This document shows, piece by piece, positions 50,696 to 62,402 of a DNA stretch of 64,000 bases. A model generated the notes under the pieces. That model was not told the origin of the DNA. It searched no databases and saw nothing but the letters and a program-made list of their open reading frames with translations. The DNA comes from Camelus ferus (lineage: Eukaryota): positions 6,698,001-6,762,000 of the forward strand of contig NC_045697.1 in NCBI RefSeq assembly GCF_009834535.1. The letters are read 5' to 3'. Positions within the stretch are counted from its first letter, which is position 1. Each line of letters starts with the position of its first letter. The position numbers and the translations under genes were made by a program.

Positions 50696-52189
50696 ATAAA
50701 ATGTACTTTTATGTAGTCAAGTTCTTTTACTGAATGAAATGTGAAGAGAGGACATGGGAGGATCAATAGTGGAAAGGAATTGGTTAATGGATTGGTGGTC
50801 AGAAAGTTGCAAGGATTAATCACTGGATAAGGGATCATAAGGCTGAATGAGGTGAGAGATCAAGGTGAGGACTCGGGATAGGATGCTGCCCTACTCATGC
50901 TATCAGAGGGGTATTGGTGGTGACAAGTTTAGGATACGGCCACACGAGCAGTAGCTGGCAGAAAGTAGACAACTGGATGCTCAGGGGGAGGAATGGAAAT
51001 AGCTATGTATTAGAAAAACCTTCTTCTTTGAACATGGAAGTGACAGGTGTATGGGTGGAAAGGTGAAAAGGAATAGTGACGTGTAGGATTGAAAGCAACG
51101 TAGAAGTACTTAGTAAGTGCTCAGCTGCAAGAAAAAATTGGCAGGAGGTTAAGGGGACAGCTTTTTACTTCATTTCATTGTTTTATTGCTATTGTGGCAT
51201 AGCTGTGTGAGCCCGTTGGATCAAGTGCTGGGCGGAGAGTCAGAAATAGGTCTCTGTGTAAGACTCTTCTCTTCTCTGAGCCTCAGTCATTGCATTTGTA
51301 AAGTGAGTCTGTTGGACTAAGTGAATCGTACAGCCACGTCTAGCTCTAATATTCCATGAATTTACAGTGCCCTGGGCAGCATCGCTACAGACTGACACCT
51401 TTCCTACCAGACACATGATATGAGGGCAAGCCTGAAACCACAGCACACTCAACAAAGTGTCAGACGGAGTAGGGTAGACCAGTTCTTCTGGTTGGCATGG
51501 GGCCATCTTCCAAGCAAGGCTGTCTCCAAGGGAGCTTTTGAAATATTGACAGCCAACTTGGACCGAGGCCCAGAATTGAAAAGAGATCAAAAGCCTAGCC
51601 TTAAATAAAACCAGCTGGAAACATAGCTATTAAAAAGAGAAGGAGGAAAAAAAAAAAACAGATACTGTAGGCTGGGACCTTATTTTAACATGTAAAACAC
51701 AAACACTGGAGGCTGAGACTCAGACCCTTTGCAGAGCATTTACAGAAGAGGTTGAGCGAGCATTTTGATTTGTGTAATGAGAACCGACTTTTTAAACATG
51801 TTTAGTCTCATTAACTGTGCGTAGGAAGAGACGTCTTTCTCTTGTGCTTGACGGGACGACGGCAAGTGTGTTTCTGCAAAAAGAACTTGGAGTGAAAGTG
51901 ACAAAGCTGCCTCCACATCATCTCATTTAATTTTCATAAGAAACCGTCAAAGACGAGGAAATAAAGCTCAGAGCGGCTGAGTGTGCTTCTAAGTAACTGA
52001 GGCTCAGAACATTTAAATAACTCGTCCCAACAAGTGACCAAGCTGAAACCCTTAAAATGACAAAACCGGCAGCAAGAATGAGACGTACAGTTTGGAGTCA
52101 GGTTAGCAGAGAGGCTGGAGGGGGGGTGGATTCCTGGGGCAAAGTGATGGATCTACAGAGGAACAGGATGTCTCAGCCTTCGCACGGGG

Positions 52190-52372
52190 GACATGGGATC
52201 AGATTAATCCTTGTTGCGGAGGTCCGTCCTCTGACACTGTAGAGTGTCTAGCAGCCTCCCTGGCTTGATCAGTAATGCTCTTTCCTCCTGTGGTGACAAT
52301 CAAAAATCTCTCCAGACATTGCCCAACGTCCCCTGAGGAGGAAGCAGAATCACCTCCAGCTGTAAACCATCG
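52190..52372. mobile_element. MER20 hAT DNA transposon
   Basis: cactgtagagtgtctagcagcctccctggc...gtgacaatcaaaaatctctccagacattgccc...cccctg...gcagaatcacctccag.tgtaaaccat. Confidence 0.85.
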
Positions 52373-54211
52373 AGCTGGAGAAAGAAACAGCTCTGACATG
52401 AAACGTGGTGGGGACTAAATCACATTAAGAAGGAGAAGTTTTGCTGCAAGAATAGAGTCCTAATGGACAAGACTCTGTTGCCCCATCTCAAAAGGTTCCT
52501 CTATGTCTGTCTGCCCATGTCTTACAAGATAAGCAGTCCTGGTCCAGTCACTCAGCCCTTCTAATTCCCCACTCCTCCATAATTAAAGTCAGAATAGTAA
52601 ATAGCAATACGTAACTTTCACAGTTGTTGAGAAGTTTGAAAAACATAATAGCGTGTATGTAAACATATCCGCGTCTAATAGCCTCTCAATGAACTTAGGG
52701 GATGTGAGTATGCATGCTTGTTTATGTGACTATAAACACGCTATTCAAGTATAGGAATAATGTCTTAAGTCATCTTTATAACTCTTTCTTCTCACTCAAT
52801 GTCTTGTACATTTGAGTACGTAAGAAATGTTACAAAAAAATTAAAGTAGTTTTTTCTTCTAGCCTTATAATATTTAATTTCCTAATGGATACTTAATATT
52901 AAAAAAAAATCTTCAATTTGTTACCAAAAATGTTAATAATATACCATTAAAGTATTGCTTTTCACAAGTTTTGCATTTTTGAGGTTTAAAAGTCACTGTA
53001 AGCACACGTTTAATGAACGCCTACTATATGTTAGCCTCTGCGCCTGGGGTGAGAAGTGTACAACTGCATGTGCTGTGGCTATTGTTTAAACAGTCACAGC
53101 CCAGTGAAAAATGCTCAAGACAATAATGCCCGTGAGTTTAATGCTACGTTAGCAGAGGTCTGTGCAAGAGAGAAGACTCAATTATATCTGAAACTGCAGA
53201 TGCCAAATATGCTGTTTCCACCCCCAAGAATATTATTAACGTGGTCTCTGAGTGGGCCCTGTGTCCATTCAGAAGTGATCTTACTCAACTAGAGCTTTAT
53301 CCTTGGGCTTTGGAAAATCAAGTAGACTTAATAACTTATGAAGAGGCCAGAAGACCCCCAAAGACGACTTTTATTTTATTCTTAAATCTTAAAAAGTGTA
53401 GACAATCTGGAAAGGCTTAAAAAGGATTATTTCTTTTTATTTATTGATTTGGTCACCATCATCATTATTATTGCCACATTTAATATTTATTGAATGTCAA
53501 GCAACCTTGGGCTAAGAATAGAGCAGAATAAAGGAGGAAGCCAGTGGACTGACGTACAAAACAAGTCCCCTGGATGGAAACTGTGAGATTCATTTGTGAT
53601 GCGTAGACTTATGCTCAAGGGTGAGAACTGGATTCAAGACAAGGGTAGACCATACAAACGGGTTTAGACTCTATTATGGACAGTACTGCTCCAGTTGGAT
53701 TCCTTTTGGGGATGTTTTCATTTCTCCATAAAGAAGCAGTGTATTTTAAGCCGATCTCTGTCTAACAAAATGGTTATTATATACTTGCACTTTGTTCAGG
53801 GACTCAGGCTGGTTTTATACAAGATAAAGCAAATATCTGTTTCTCAGAGGGAAAGATAACGATATCGTAAGCAGACACGGAAGGCAGAGGATAATACGGT
53901 GGCTTTGAGTGTGATTTAGTTACTTAGGTTTTAGTTTTCTAAAAAGTTTAAAAAAAAAGAAAAGAAAAGAGAAAAGAAGTAGAAACAAAGGAAGCTCAGT
54001 TCCTCAGCACCTTGGTAAGTGAGAGCTGTATGTCTTCACTGAAGACGTTTTATTTCAGAGATGAGGCAAAATAGAGTGAAATAGAGAAAAAAATGCATGA
54101 GAAATTTCAGGAGATTTAATTAAAAAAAAACCCTTCAGGTTAATTTGCCTTCACAATGTGCAAAATCGATGCCCTCACTCTTCGCCAGACACTGAACGGG
54201 GTTGCGCTGCA

Positions 54212-54915
54212 TGTAGTAGACCTCTGTTGGTTGCCCCAGCAGTGTCAACTTCCTCATTTTCTTTGTTGGAAATGCCTTGATTTCCGCTTGGGGACCTGTG
54301 TGGCCTTAGAGAAGCTGACTCCCCACCTGTCTCCAAGAGTCAGGCATTGTATTTGGCTGACGTCTGATTCAGGATGGACATGTGATCTAAGCTAGTGCAG
54401 CTAGGGCTAGAATTGGAACTCGTGCTTATGCTTCTGGGATACAGGGGCTTTCTCTGCCGCTGAAGTTTGAAGGTTGTACAAATGAGGCTTTAAATTGTCA
54501 TAGCTAATATTGATAAGAAGCCACCCTGAGGATGAAACCATAGTAGAAGGCAGAGTTCAGAGTTTCTAAGAGAAATAAAGCGGAAATCTTGATAACAATG
54601 TAAACCTCTGACTCAAACTATGACTGAAACCCTCCTAATCTCTTTTTTTTTAATATATTGTTGCCTCTTATAAAAAATTGTTTGCTTAGTGGGGAGGTAA
54701 CTAGCTTTATTTATTTATCATTTTAATGGAGGTACTGGGGATTGAAATCAGAACCTCATGCACGTTAAGCGTGCACTTTAACACTGAGCTATACCCTCCC
54801 CCCTCCTCCTAATCTGTATGGTTCTAAGTAGCATAAGTTAAAACTTACTTTTCTTAGTCAATTAGGTGTAGTCCTTATTAGTAATAACTTAAGGGATTCT
54901 AATAAATACATGTTA
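54212..54915 (+). mobile_element. Ancient ERVL-type LTR (LTR16/LTR33-like), interrupted by a SINE
   Basis: tgtagtagacctctgttggttgccccagca...gaagctgactcccc...; resumes after the SINE and ends about aacttaagggattctaataaataca. Confidence 0.6.
54642..54804 (-). mobile_element. tRNA-derived SINE (camelid Vic-1-like) with 11-bp TSD
   Basis: The minus strand reads ggggggagggtatagctcagtg...ggttctgatttcaatccccagtacctcc. TSD cctcctaatct at 54631-54641 and 54805-54815. Confidence 0.92.
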
Positions 54916-56289
54916 AGAAATGGTGACCCTCGTGTAGCCATCCCAATGTAACTGACCCTGTGTTAATTACTGGAAGTTACAGATAATTATAAATTCTCCA
55001 AATCCATTCTCCTCTCTTTTCTGCAATGCTCCTCCAAAGAGGTGAAAAATTCCTATTTAATTTTTACAGCTCAGTTCAACTTCCCCCTGTTATGTGAATT
55101 AACCCAATCTTGCTCCTAACCTTAACAAAATAAATCATTTCCTCTTTGCATTCACATCATTATAATTATAATTCACATGAAGCACTCCCCGCACTGTCTT
55201 CTGGTTGGTTGTTTATGTGATTGTCTCCTCTCAATATTATATGTCTCTGTAACCCAAGTGCCTGGAACAGAAGTTTGCCCATTGTATGTGCACGATTTCA
55301 CTCATCCCTCCATCAGTTTTAGACAGTCAGACATTGTAATTCAAGGATGAATGCCCTCATCTTGGCTTTTAAAGAGACTACAGTCTAAGGACATAAATAT
55401 TTTGTTGTACATTTCTAGTAGTTTATATATTATTTGTTTCTGCCTACAATAGTAATTAAAACACAACTGCAATATATAACTTTATTTATAAATGATACAG
55501 ATATACTACTGTGGTAATATATTATTCACGTTACAAAATTTAAAGCAAGCACTAGATGAGCTAAAACTAAGCATAAATCAAAGACCTACTAATTTATCGT
55601 TGCATTCTAATGGATTGCCCTGTATATGTCCTGGGTTCCCAGCCCAGGGTGAAGACCGATGGCCCATTGGCTCAGAAATCAGACAGATGGGCTGGGAGTT
55701 CCCCGTGAGGTTTGTCCAGTATGGAGAGGAAGAGATGGAAGGGGAACCACCAGTGCTCTGAGCCTGAGGCTGCTGGGATGTTGGGAAGAGCTGTTCAGAT
55801 GGGTTCAAGTCTCAACTTTCATGCTCTTAGGCTTCAAAGAGGGAAAGGCTTGAGTCCCCCTACCCCCCAAGAAAAACATCACATTTTCCTTCTTCCCAGA
55901 ACAATCCACAGAAAGCAGGCTTCCTGTGGGGACTAAAGGCTAATGTCCTCCAGTGAGGATTAATCCTGTTGTTTCCGCAACATTCTGCTTGCACGGTTCC
56001 TGGCAGTGCAGAGTGCAGAATGTGTCTGGAATTCTACACCACCAAAACAAGGGTCTTTTCTAACTTAGTCATTAGCTCTGTGTCCATCACTCATATTGAA
56101 CACAAAGGGCTTGATTTTAACCTTGACGCCAAGAGATCTTTATTAGCTCCCTGACTCCCAATGTCTCCAACCAGGCAGAACTAAGGGGGTTCAGTATTTC
56201 ATTTGCCATATGCCCGCTGGATATTTTTAAAAGGGCAGAGCAAATGAACTAGAATGAACTATCTCATGAATTTGTATCCCCTCACGGAA

Positions 56290-56450
56290 GTCCCATGAAG
56301 TGTGTTTTATTCCATTTTACAAATAAGACAACCAAGGCTATGAAAATTTAATAACTTCCTCCAAAGTCAATTAGTGTGTTGAGGGACCAGGATTCAAACC
56401 AGAGTTCTTTGGCTTTGTTTATTTTTAATTCCTCCTACTATACAACATTG
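56290..56450 (-). mobile_element. MIR
   Basis: ccattttacaaataaga.aaccaaggct...caggattcaaaccagag. Confidence 0.7.
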
Positions 56451-56789
56451 TGCTATCTCATTAATGCTGGTGGAATTATTTGTTATAAAAGTGTTCCATT
56501 CTGTTTTATTTGTAAGCAGATAGTAAGTGCATGGAATCCTACAGCTTCAGTGTCTAAAGGGGCTGTAGAAATAGCATATTCTTCATATAGGAGTACAGTA
56601 TCCTTTCTGATTGTTCTTTTAATATTTATTTCACCTGCAAGGTGGACCAACTGGCTTCCCTAGCAGTGGAGTTGGGAATTCAGTCAGAGTCCTTCCCTCA
56701 TGCCTGCCTTTACTTTTTACTACCCTATATGCATTTTCTGGTTATTTATGAAGACGAGAGGGCAGGGCTTTACAAATGGAACACATGTT

Positions 56790-56970
56790 ACCACTTTATA
56801 GCATCTCAGAATTTAACAAGTACTTTCACATACATTATTTCCTTTAAATCTCATCACCACCCTGTGAGGTAACTATTCTTCTTCTCATCCAAACAGATTT
56901 AGAAACTACAGATATGTTCAGTTATATGACTGGGGACCTAGGACTTGAAAACCATAGGATTCTGCTGTCC
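56790..56970 (-). mobile_element. MIR (degenerate)
   Basis: tactttcacatacattattt...aatctcatcaccaccctgtgaggta...ggacttgaaa. Confidence 0.65.
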
Positions 56971-58362
56971 CCAGCTAGGTCCACCTAATGTTTGTTTTCA
57001 GCTTTATATTTTATGCAGATGTTTATAATGCTAGACATTACTTCACATTTTCATCAGCTGTTAACATCAAATTATGCATGAAGCATGAGGGTCAAACCAC
57101 AGATCATACTGAGGGTTGTTCTTGCGTCTGGCTTTTTCTAGTTAGAAGAGCAAAAGGGATCCTAGTTATCGGTAATGAGACATTTTTCTTAATTTCCATA
57201 TTTACACAATATTTTAACTCTAATAGACAGGAAGTGAAAACACAATGCAAATTATAAAAGTATCATAAAAGTATAACACATAAAGATAAAGATGGGGGAT
57301 AATCAGAAGAGCCTCAGCCTAGCTCAGAGGGGAGATCTGAGACATCCTTCTTATAATACTGATGTTAATAGGTACATTTTGTGGTGTCTAATCATGATGT
57401 AGATCTTATATCCATACATGTTCACAAAATCCTGTGAAACAGGTTGCTATTGTGATTGGCGCTGGTCTAATTTTACAGAGAGAGCAGCCAGGCTGGGCTG
57501 GGATTCCACAGGGTCTGTGACTTTAAAGTCTGGACCAGCTGAGTAGAGCCCATGTGCTACAATGCTTCTTGGAGAGTTTGTCTCTTTGGTGATGCGTTAG
57601 CTCACCTTGGGAAGAAAGGGTGTCACGGACCTGTTCCTACCCTCATCTTCTTTAAAGGGTTTCTTTGGTAGTCAGGACTAAAGGGGCAATAGATTTAAAT
57701 GCTCTTTGGAGGAATATTCTTGTCGAAGAACCAGTCAAATACTGAAAATGTCTTTTCTGTTTTTTCCCCAATCAAGATGGAAGTGGAAATACATTCTATT
57801 GAGTGTCAAGACCAGGTACGGCACTTGACGTTTAACACAAAGCATTTAATTTTCCCTGTAACATAAACTGAGACCCAGGGACTACTAGTTCCCGCACAAG
57901 AACACCAAAGAAGAGGCAAAGTCGAGGGCTTAAGTGAGATCTGTCTGAAGCCCAAAGCTGTGCATGATGCAGAGTCAGTGTCACATCAGTCAGTTTCAGC
58001 AAACACTGAACCCCCATTGTATGTGAGAGTCTTACTGCGGGGACACACGGATGAGGCTGAGCTGAGCTGGTCATCAAAGAACTTGTGTTCAATGGGTTTA
58101 TATGTTTCAAAGTCAGGTGTGACTAGTAATGTAAGAGCCATGTAGACTAAGTCTTCTAAGTAAGATTTATGGAGAAATATCATATAATTTGGATGGAGGG
58201 TGCAGAGTGGAGTGAGTTAGGAGAGGCTTTGTAGACCAGGATGCCACTGAATTAAATCCAGAAGAGGAAATAGGACAGAGGTGGAAACTGCTCTTAGGAA
58301 AAACAAAGGTATGGGAAAGGAACGGGGACCTTATTTAGGATCTTACAGGTACTAATACAAGT

Positions 58363-58970
58363 TGTAATAGTCACAGTGGTCAAATGCAAGCATTTATTCA
58401 ACAATGCTGGGCTGGGTTGGTTACAATCAGAGACTATCTTTAGTTTGTATCACGTCTGCCCATTAACCTCACCCTGTGGATCGCTGATGTATCCAGGGGA
58501 CCCAGCGCATCTCATAAGAGAGTAAGACAAGAGAGTAAATACACAGAGACTGACATAGGGCCTCCACGTTGCAGGATGATCGCGAGGCTTAGCTGAGACT
58601 GAGAGCCGGATGCACCAGAGAAGCGAAGTCCTGATTTAAACAGACCCCCCTAACTGCCACAGGTATGCTGGCCCAGGATGGGTAGCCGTAGCAGGGGTGG
58701 GTGGGGTGCTGCCCAGGTAAGACTCACCACCTGGAGGGGCAGAAGTCCTGTCCTCTGGAGAGCTTGCTTCCAATGGGGGGAGATAAATAGAGCATGCCCA
58801 CTTAATTCTTGCAAATGTATCACTGAGAGAAGTCACTATACCTCCCCTGAGAAAGGTGCCAAAAAGGTGCTAGCAGTTTGAAATTTATTGACTCCCTCCT
58901 ATGTGAGAAAGGTCTTTCCATGGTCCTGTGATTCCCTGCCCCAAAGTCTCAGCCATTCCCAGATATTCTG
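58363..58970. mobile_element. Probable ancient LTR, family uncertain
   Basis: GC-richer block starting tgtaatagtcacagtgg with LTR-like composition. Ends and family are not established. Confidence 0.35.
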
Positions 58971-59779
58971 GAGGTAAGTCGAAGTTCAAATCCTTCTAAA
59001 TCCTTCCAAGTAATTCAAATGTCTACACTGGTGTGAACATCAAAACCCAAGCCTTATTCAAATTTATATTCTTCCCCTGCCTGAGTCAGGCCACCTTCAG
59101 GCTTGGAAGCCTTGGGTGGTACATGGGCAGTGAGCATCTCTTCTGTCTCCCCACCACTGCTCCTACTCTCTCTAGTCTAGGTTTCTGTTCCTTCTACGAT
59201 CAAATATAGGAGGAGAGGGTGTAAGGGAAAAGGGCCTGAGGTAACTTGGCCAACGTGATGGGAGGACATGCGGTCAAGTGTGGTTCCTACAGCACACTGG
59301 CTTTCTGTCTGTCTCTCCAGGAGTCCCATTTAAGGACACATTTCAGAGGTCTTCCTCCTAGAGGCTTCTACCCACAGGTCCCTTAATTCAGGGATAGTCC
59401 TGGACACAGCACTCCCACCTTAGGTCTTCTCTGGGCAAAGGCCACATATTTCCCAGGTCCTGTAACTCAGAGGAGCCTTAGTGCTCTTCTGAAGCCCTCC
59501 ACTTGGTCTGAAGTAAGGGGCCAGTACTTCCTTCTTCCTTGTGGGTTCTGGGGAAGTAGCACACAATCCCCACAGACACTCCCTTAAAAGGAAACCTTTC
59601 TCACCTGCTCTTCCACTCGAACCCTTTATTCTTTTGAAGTGGGTGATGGACAATCTTATCTATACAGTTCTGTATTGAATATGGCCCAGCCTTTATTTTA
59701 GGATCTGGCTGATTGGCACCCACTGTTGTGGTCTTTGGGCAGAGAGAAGAGGTCCCATTTATCGGCCTTTTATGCTAAC

Positions 59780-60670
59780 ATTTTTTAAGAGCTTACTACA
59801 TGCCAAATACTGTGCTAATCTCTGGTTATTCATTTAATCCCCAGAGAAGCCTCTCAGGTAGGCATTGTTTTACTGATGAGGGAATTTTGACACAATAATT
59901 CAAGTTAAGGTAGTTATAAGCATTGGAGCTGGACATTCATCCAGGAAGTCTGATAATTTTCAAATGGTTAAACACTGCATTGATTTCCCTCTTCCTCTAC
60001 AATAGCAGCAGAGTTGGGAATCCTGCCAAGGTCAACTTCTCAGAAGGAAACCATGATTACATCCCACCTGTGCTGAGCACAATAGTTGATTTAGATGGAA
60101 CACAGTGGAGTCAGGGGAAGGAAGGTAAAGAGGGAAAAGGTGGACAGCCTTAGAAACCAGTGAAGGAGGGTGCAGAGGGGGGACATAGACTTTGAAGTCC
60201 AACAGGCCTGGGCTTGACCTTGTTCTTTGCTAGGAGAGTGGCTTTGGCAAATTATTCCACCAACCTGAGTCTTGGCTTCAACTCTGTAAAGTAAGGATAA
60301 TAATATGCATCACAGGACTGATCTGAGAAACGAATGAGATGATGTAAGTGCTCATAAAATAGTGTGAAATATTAGGTAATCAAGGGCTGTGACTGTCTTT
60401 ATTATTGCTTGTTGTTACTCTAGCCATTGACGTGGCTAATGTTTATCAAGCAGTTATTACCTGCTGGGTCACGGTGTAAGTACTTTGCATGTATTTACTT
60501 GTTTAATTTTCAAACACATGATGAGACAGTACAATTCCTGTCTCCATTTATAGAAGAATAAACCCAAGCATGGATGAGTAATTCGCTTAATATTATAGCT
60601 GGTAAGTGGCAAACTGGAGCCCAAGCACAGGAAACCTGTGGACGGAGCCCAGGTGTAACCAGTATGCTAT
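59780..60670. mobile_element. Cluster of three MIRs (about 59780-59980 minus, 60180-60400 plus, 60430-60670 minus)
   Basis: catttaatccc...ctgatgaggga; agactttgaagtc...ctgtaaagtaaggataataat; tttaattttcaaa...ccatttatagaagaataaac. Confidence 0.7.
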
Positions 60671-61252
60671 AGCAATATCTAGAAACTCCTAGAGAAGCCC
60701 AGGAGTATTCTCAGCCACAATAAATGGTAATGTAATCATTATAATTACTTTAATGCAGCTCTTTACGAAGCCAATTGAAGCACAGTGTTTTTGAAGGATA
60801 GCAGTATTATCAGAGTGTATTTTAGGTATTAATAATTGAGAGTTAATTATCTATTATCTGATTTGTTGAATAAACTATTTGCAAATTACTTGTTGTTCAC
60901 AAAGAATTTATCTAACTTTTTACCTTTGATATGAAAGAGGAAAAAAAAGCTGAAAATATTCTGTGATTTTGCAGAGATTCAAAGTTTATTCTTGATCACC
61001 ATGTTTGGAATCTGTTTGAAGAATGCCTTGATTTAAAGTGCATACAGCATAAACGCTTTGGGAAGCAGAAATAGATTCCACTTTGTTACCCCTTTCACCA
61101 ACAGAACCTAATCTGTTTGCAATGATTTAATCAGTAACAGTGAATTGTTTGCAGAAAATCTCATTCATAAATCAAAAATTTCCAATATGCATTCGCTTGT
61201 GACTTTTCTGCTTGCCCTCTGTCTAGATGGGTTAGCCATTTGTAACTCTATT

Positions 61253-61255
61253 TGT

Positions 61256-61301
<46 letters not shown>

Positions 61302-61308
61302 AAGAGAG

Positions 61309-61345
<37 letters not shown>
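61253..61345. repeat. Compound (TG)n(AG)n(TA)n microsatellite
   Basis: Direct reading. Confidence 0.97.
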
Positions 61346-61349
<4 letters not shown>

Positions 61350-61584
61350 CAATACATATATGTTTATTTAGTATATATAATCACAACACCAGAACATACT
61401 CTTTTTAAGTCTGATGAAGACTACCACTTTAGCTGATTTCATGTATACCCTGGTGTTTAGAAAATACATTTTCTTTAAAATGTGGGGTCTGAATTTTTGC
61501 TAGATGAGAGTTTATTAAAAGGCTGGCTATCTTTCCTTCTTTTTTTCCTTCTCTCCATTTTGTCCTTCCTTCCCTCTCTCTAGC

Positions 61585-61735
61585 TGTTTCAGTTAGGTTT
61601 CTTTGGTCTCATACAACATACAGCAACTCAGATTAACTTAAGCACAAAAGAAAAAAAAAAAGAAAGAAAGAAAGAAAGAAACTTTCTGTGGATGGATTTG
61701 GGATAACTCTCTGAATGGAAAAAGAAAGGCGAGGT
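61585..61735 (-). mobile_element. Old MaLR LTR end (MLT1J/K-like) with an A/GAAA expansion
   Basis: tcagttaggtttctttggt...caactcagattaacttaagcacaaaag. Confidence 0.55.
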
Positions 61736-61857
61736 GAACCCCAAGACTCTTCATATTCCATCAACAGCTTGCTCATTTTTCCAGTCTCTGCCTAACATCC
61801 AATCCCAAAGCTATTTCTAAGTATTGATATCAAATCATTATGTTTAAGACTTAAATT

Positions 61858-61906
61858 TATACAATATTATGTGTCAATTAAATCTCAATAAAATTAGGAA
61901 AAAAAA
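61858..61906 (+). mobile_element. L1 3' terminal stub
   Basis: acaatattatgtgtcaattaaatctcaataaaattagg followed by polyA. Confidence 0.7.
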
Positions 61907-62402
61907 GTTAGTCAGTGTGTAAGTAACCACTCCAAATCTCAGAAGCTGAAAACGAGAGACATTTGCTCGCTCCCATTTGCAGCCTGGGGAGGTTGGCTGA
62001 TCTGGGTCAGGCTTAGCTGTTGTAGAGGGAGCAGAGGTACTATCCATGCATCTGAGGTCAGCTGCTTGTTGGCTAGGGGCTGGCTCTCTGGATCTTGGCT
62101 GGTTCCTCACGTACTTCTTGGTCCTTGCCAGGGAGAATGGGCAGGCTCTGTCCTATGTAGTCTCTCATCCACAGGGGATGACTGGGGCTTGTTCAAATAA
62201 AGGTGGTGGAGATCCGAGAAAATGAGCAGAAACCTGGTCTCAGACCTGGCCTGATACCACCACCACCACCACACCTACTGGCCAAAGTAAGTACCAAGGC
62301 CAGCCCAGATTCAAGGTGAAGTGAGGAGAAATAGATGTCACCCAAAGAACAGTCACATTACAGAGGGGTATGTTGTAGACATTTTGGGAAACAATCTACA
62401 CA
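61907..62402 (-). mobile_element. MaLR LTR (MLT1H/I-like)
   Basis: taaccactccaaatctcag...ggctgatctggg...ggccaaagtaagtaccaaggccagcccagattcaagg...acaatctacaca. Confidence 0.75.

Noticed and set aside
54004..54023. TCAGCACCTTGG resembling a REST/RE1 site
   Set aside because: The right half (ACAGCGCC-like) is missing; only a half-site is present.
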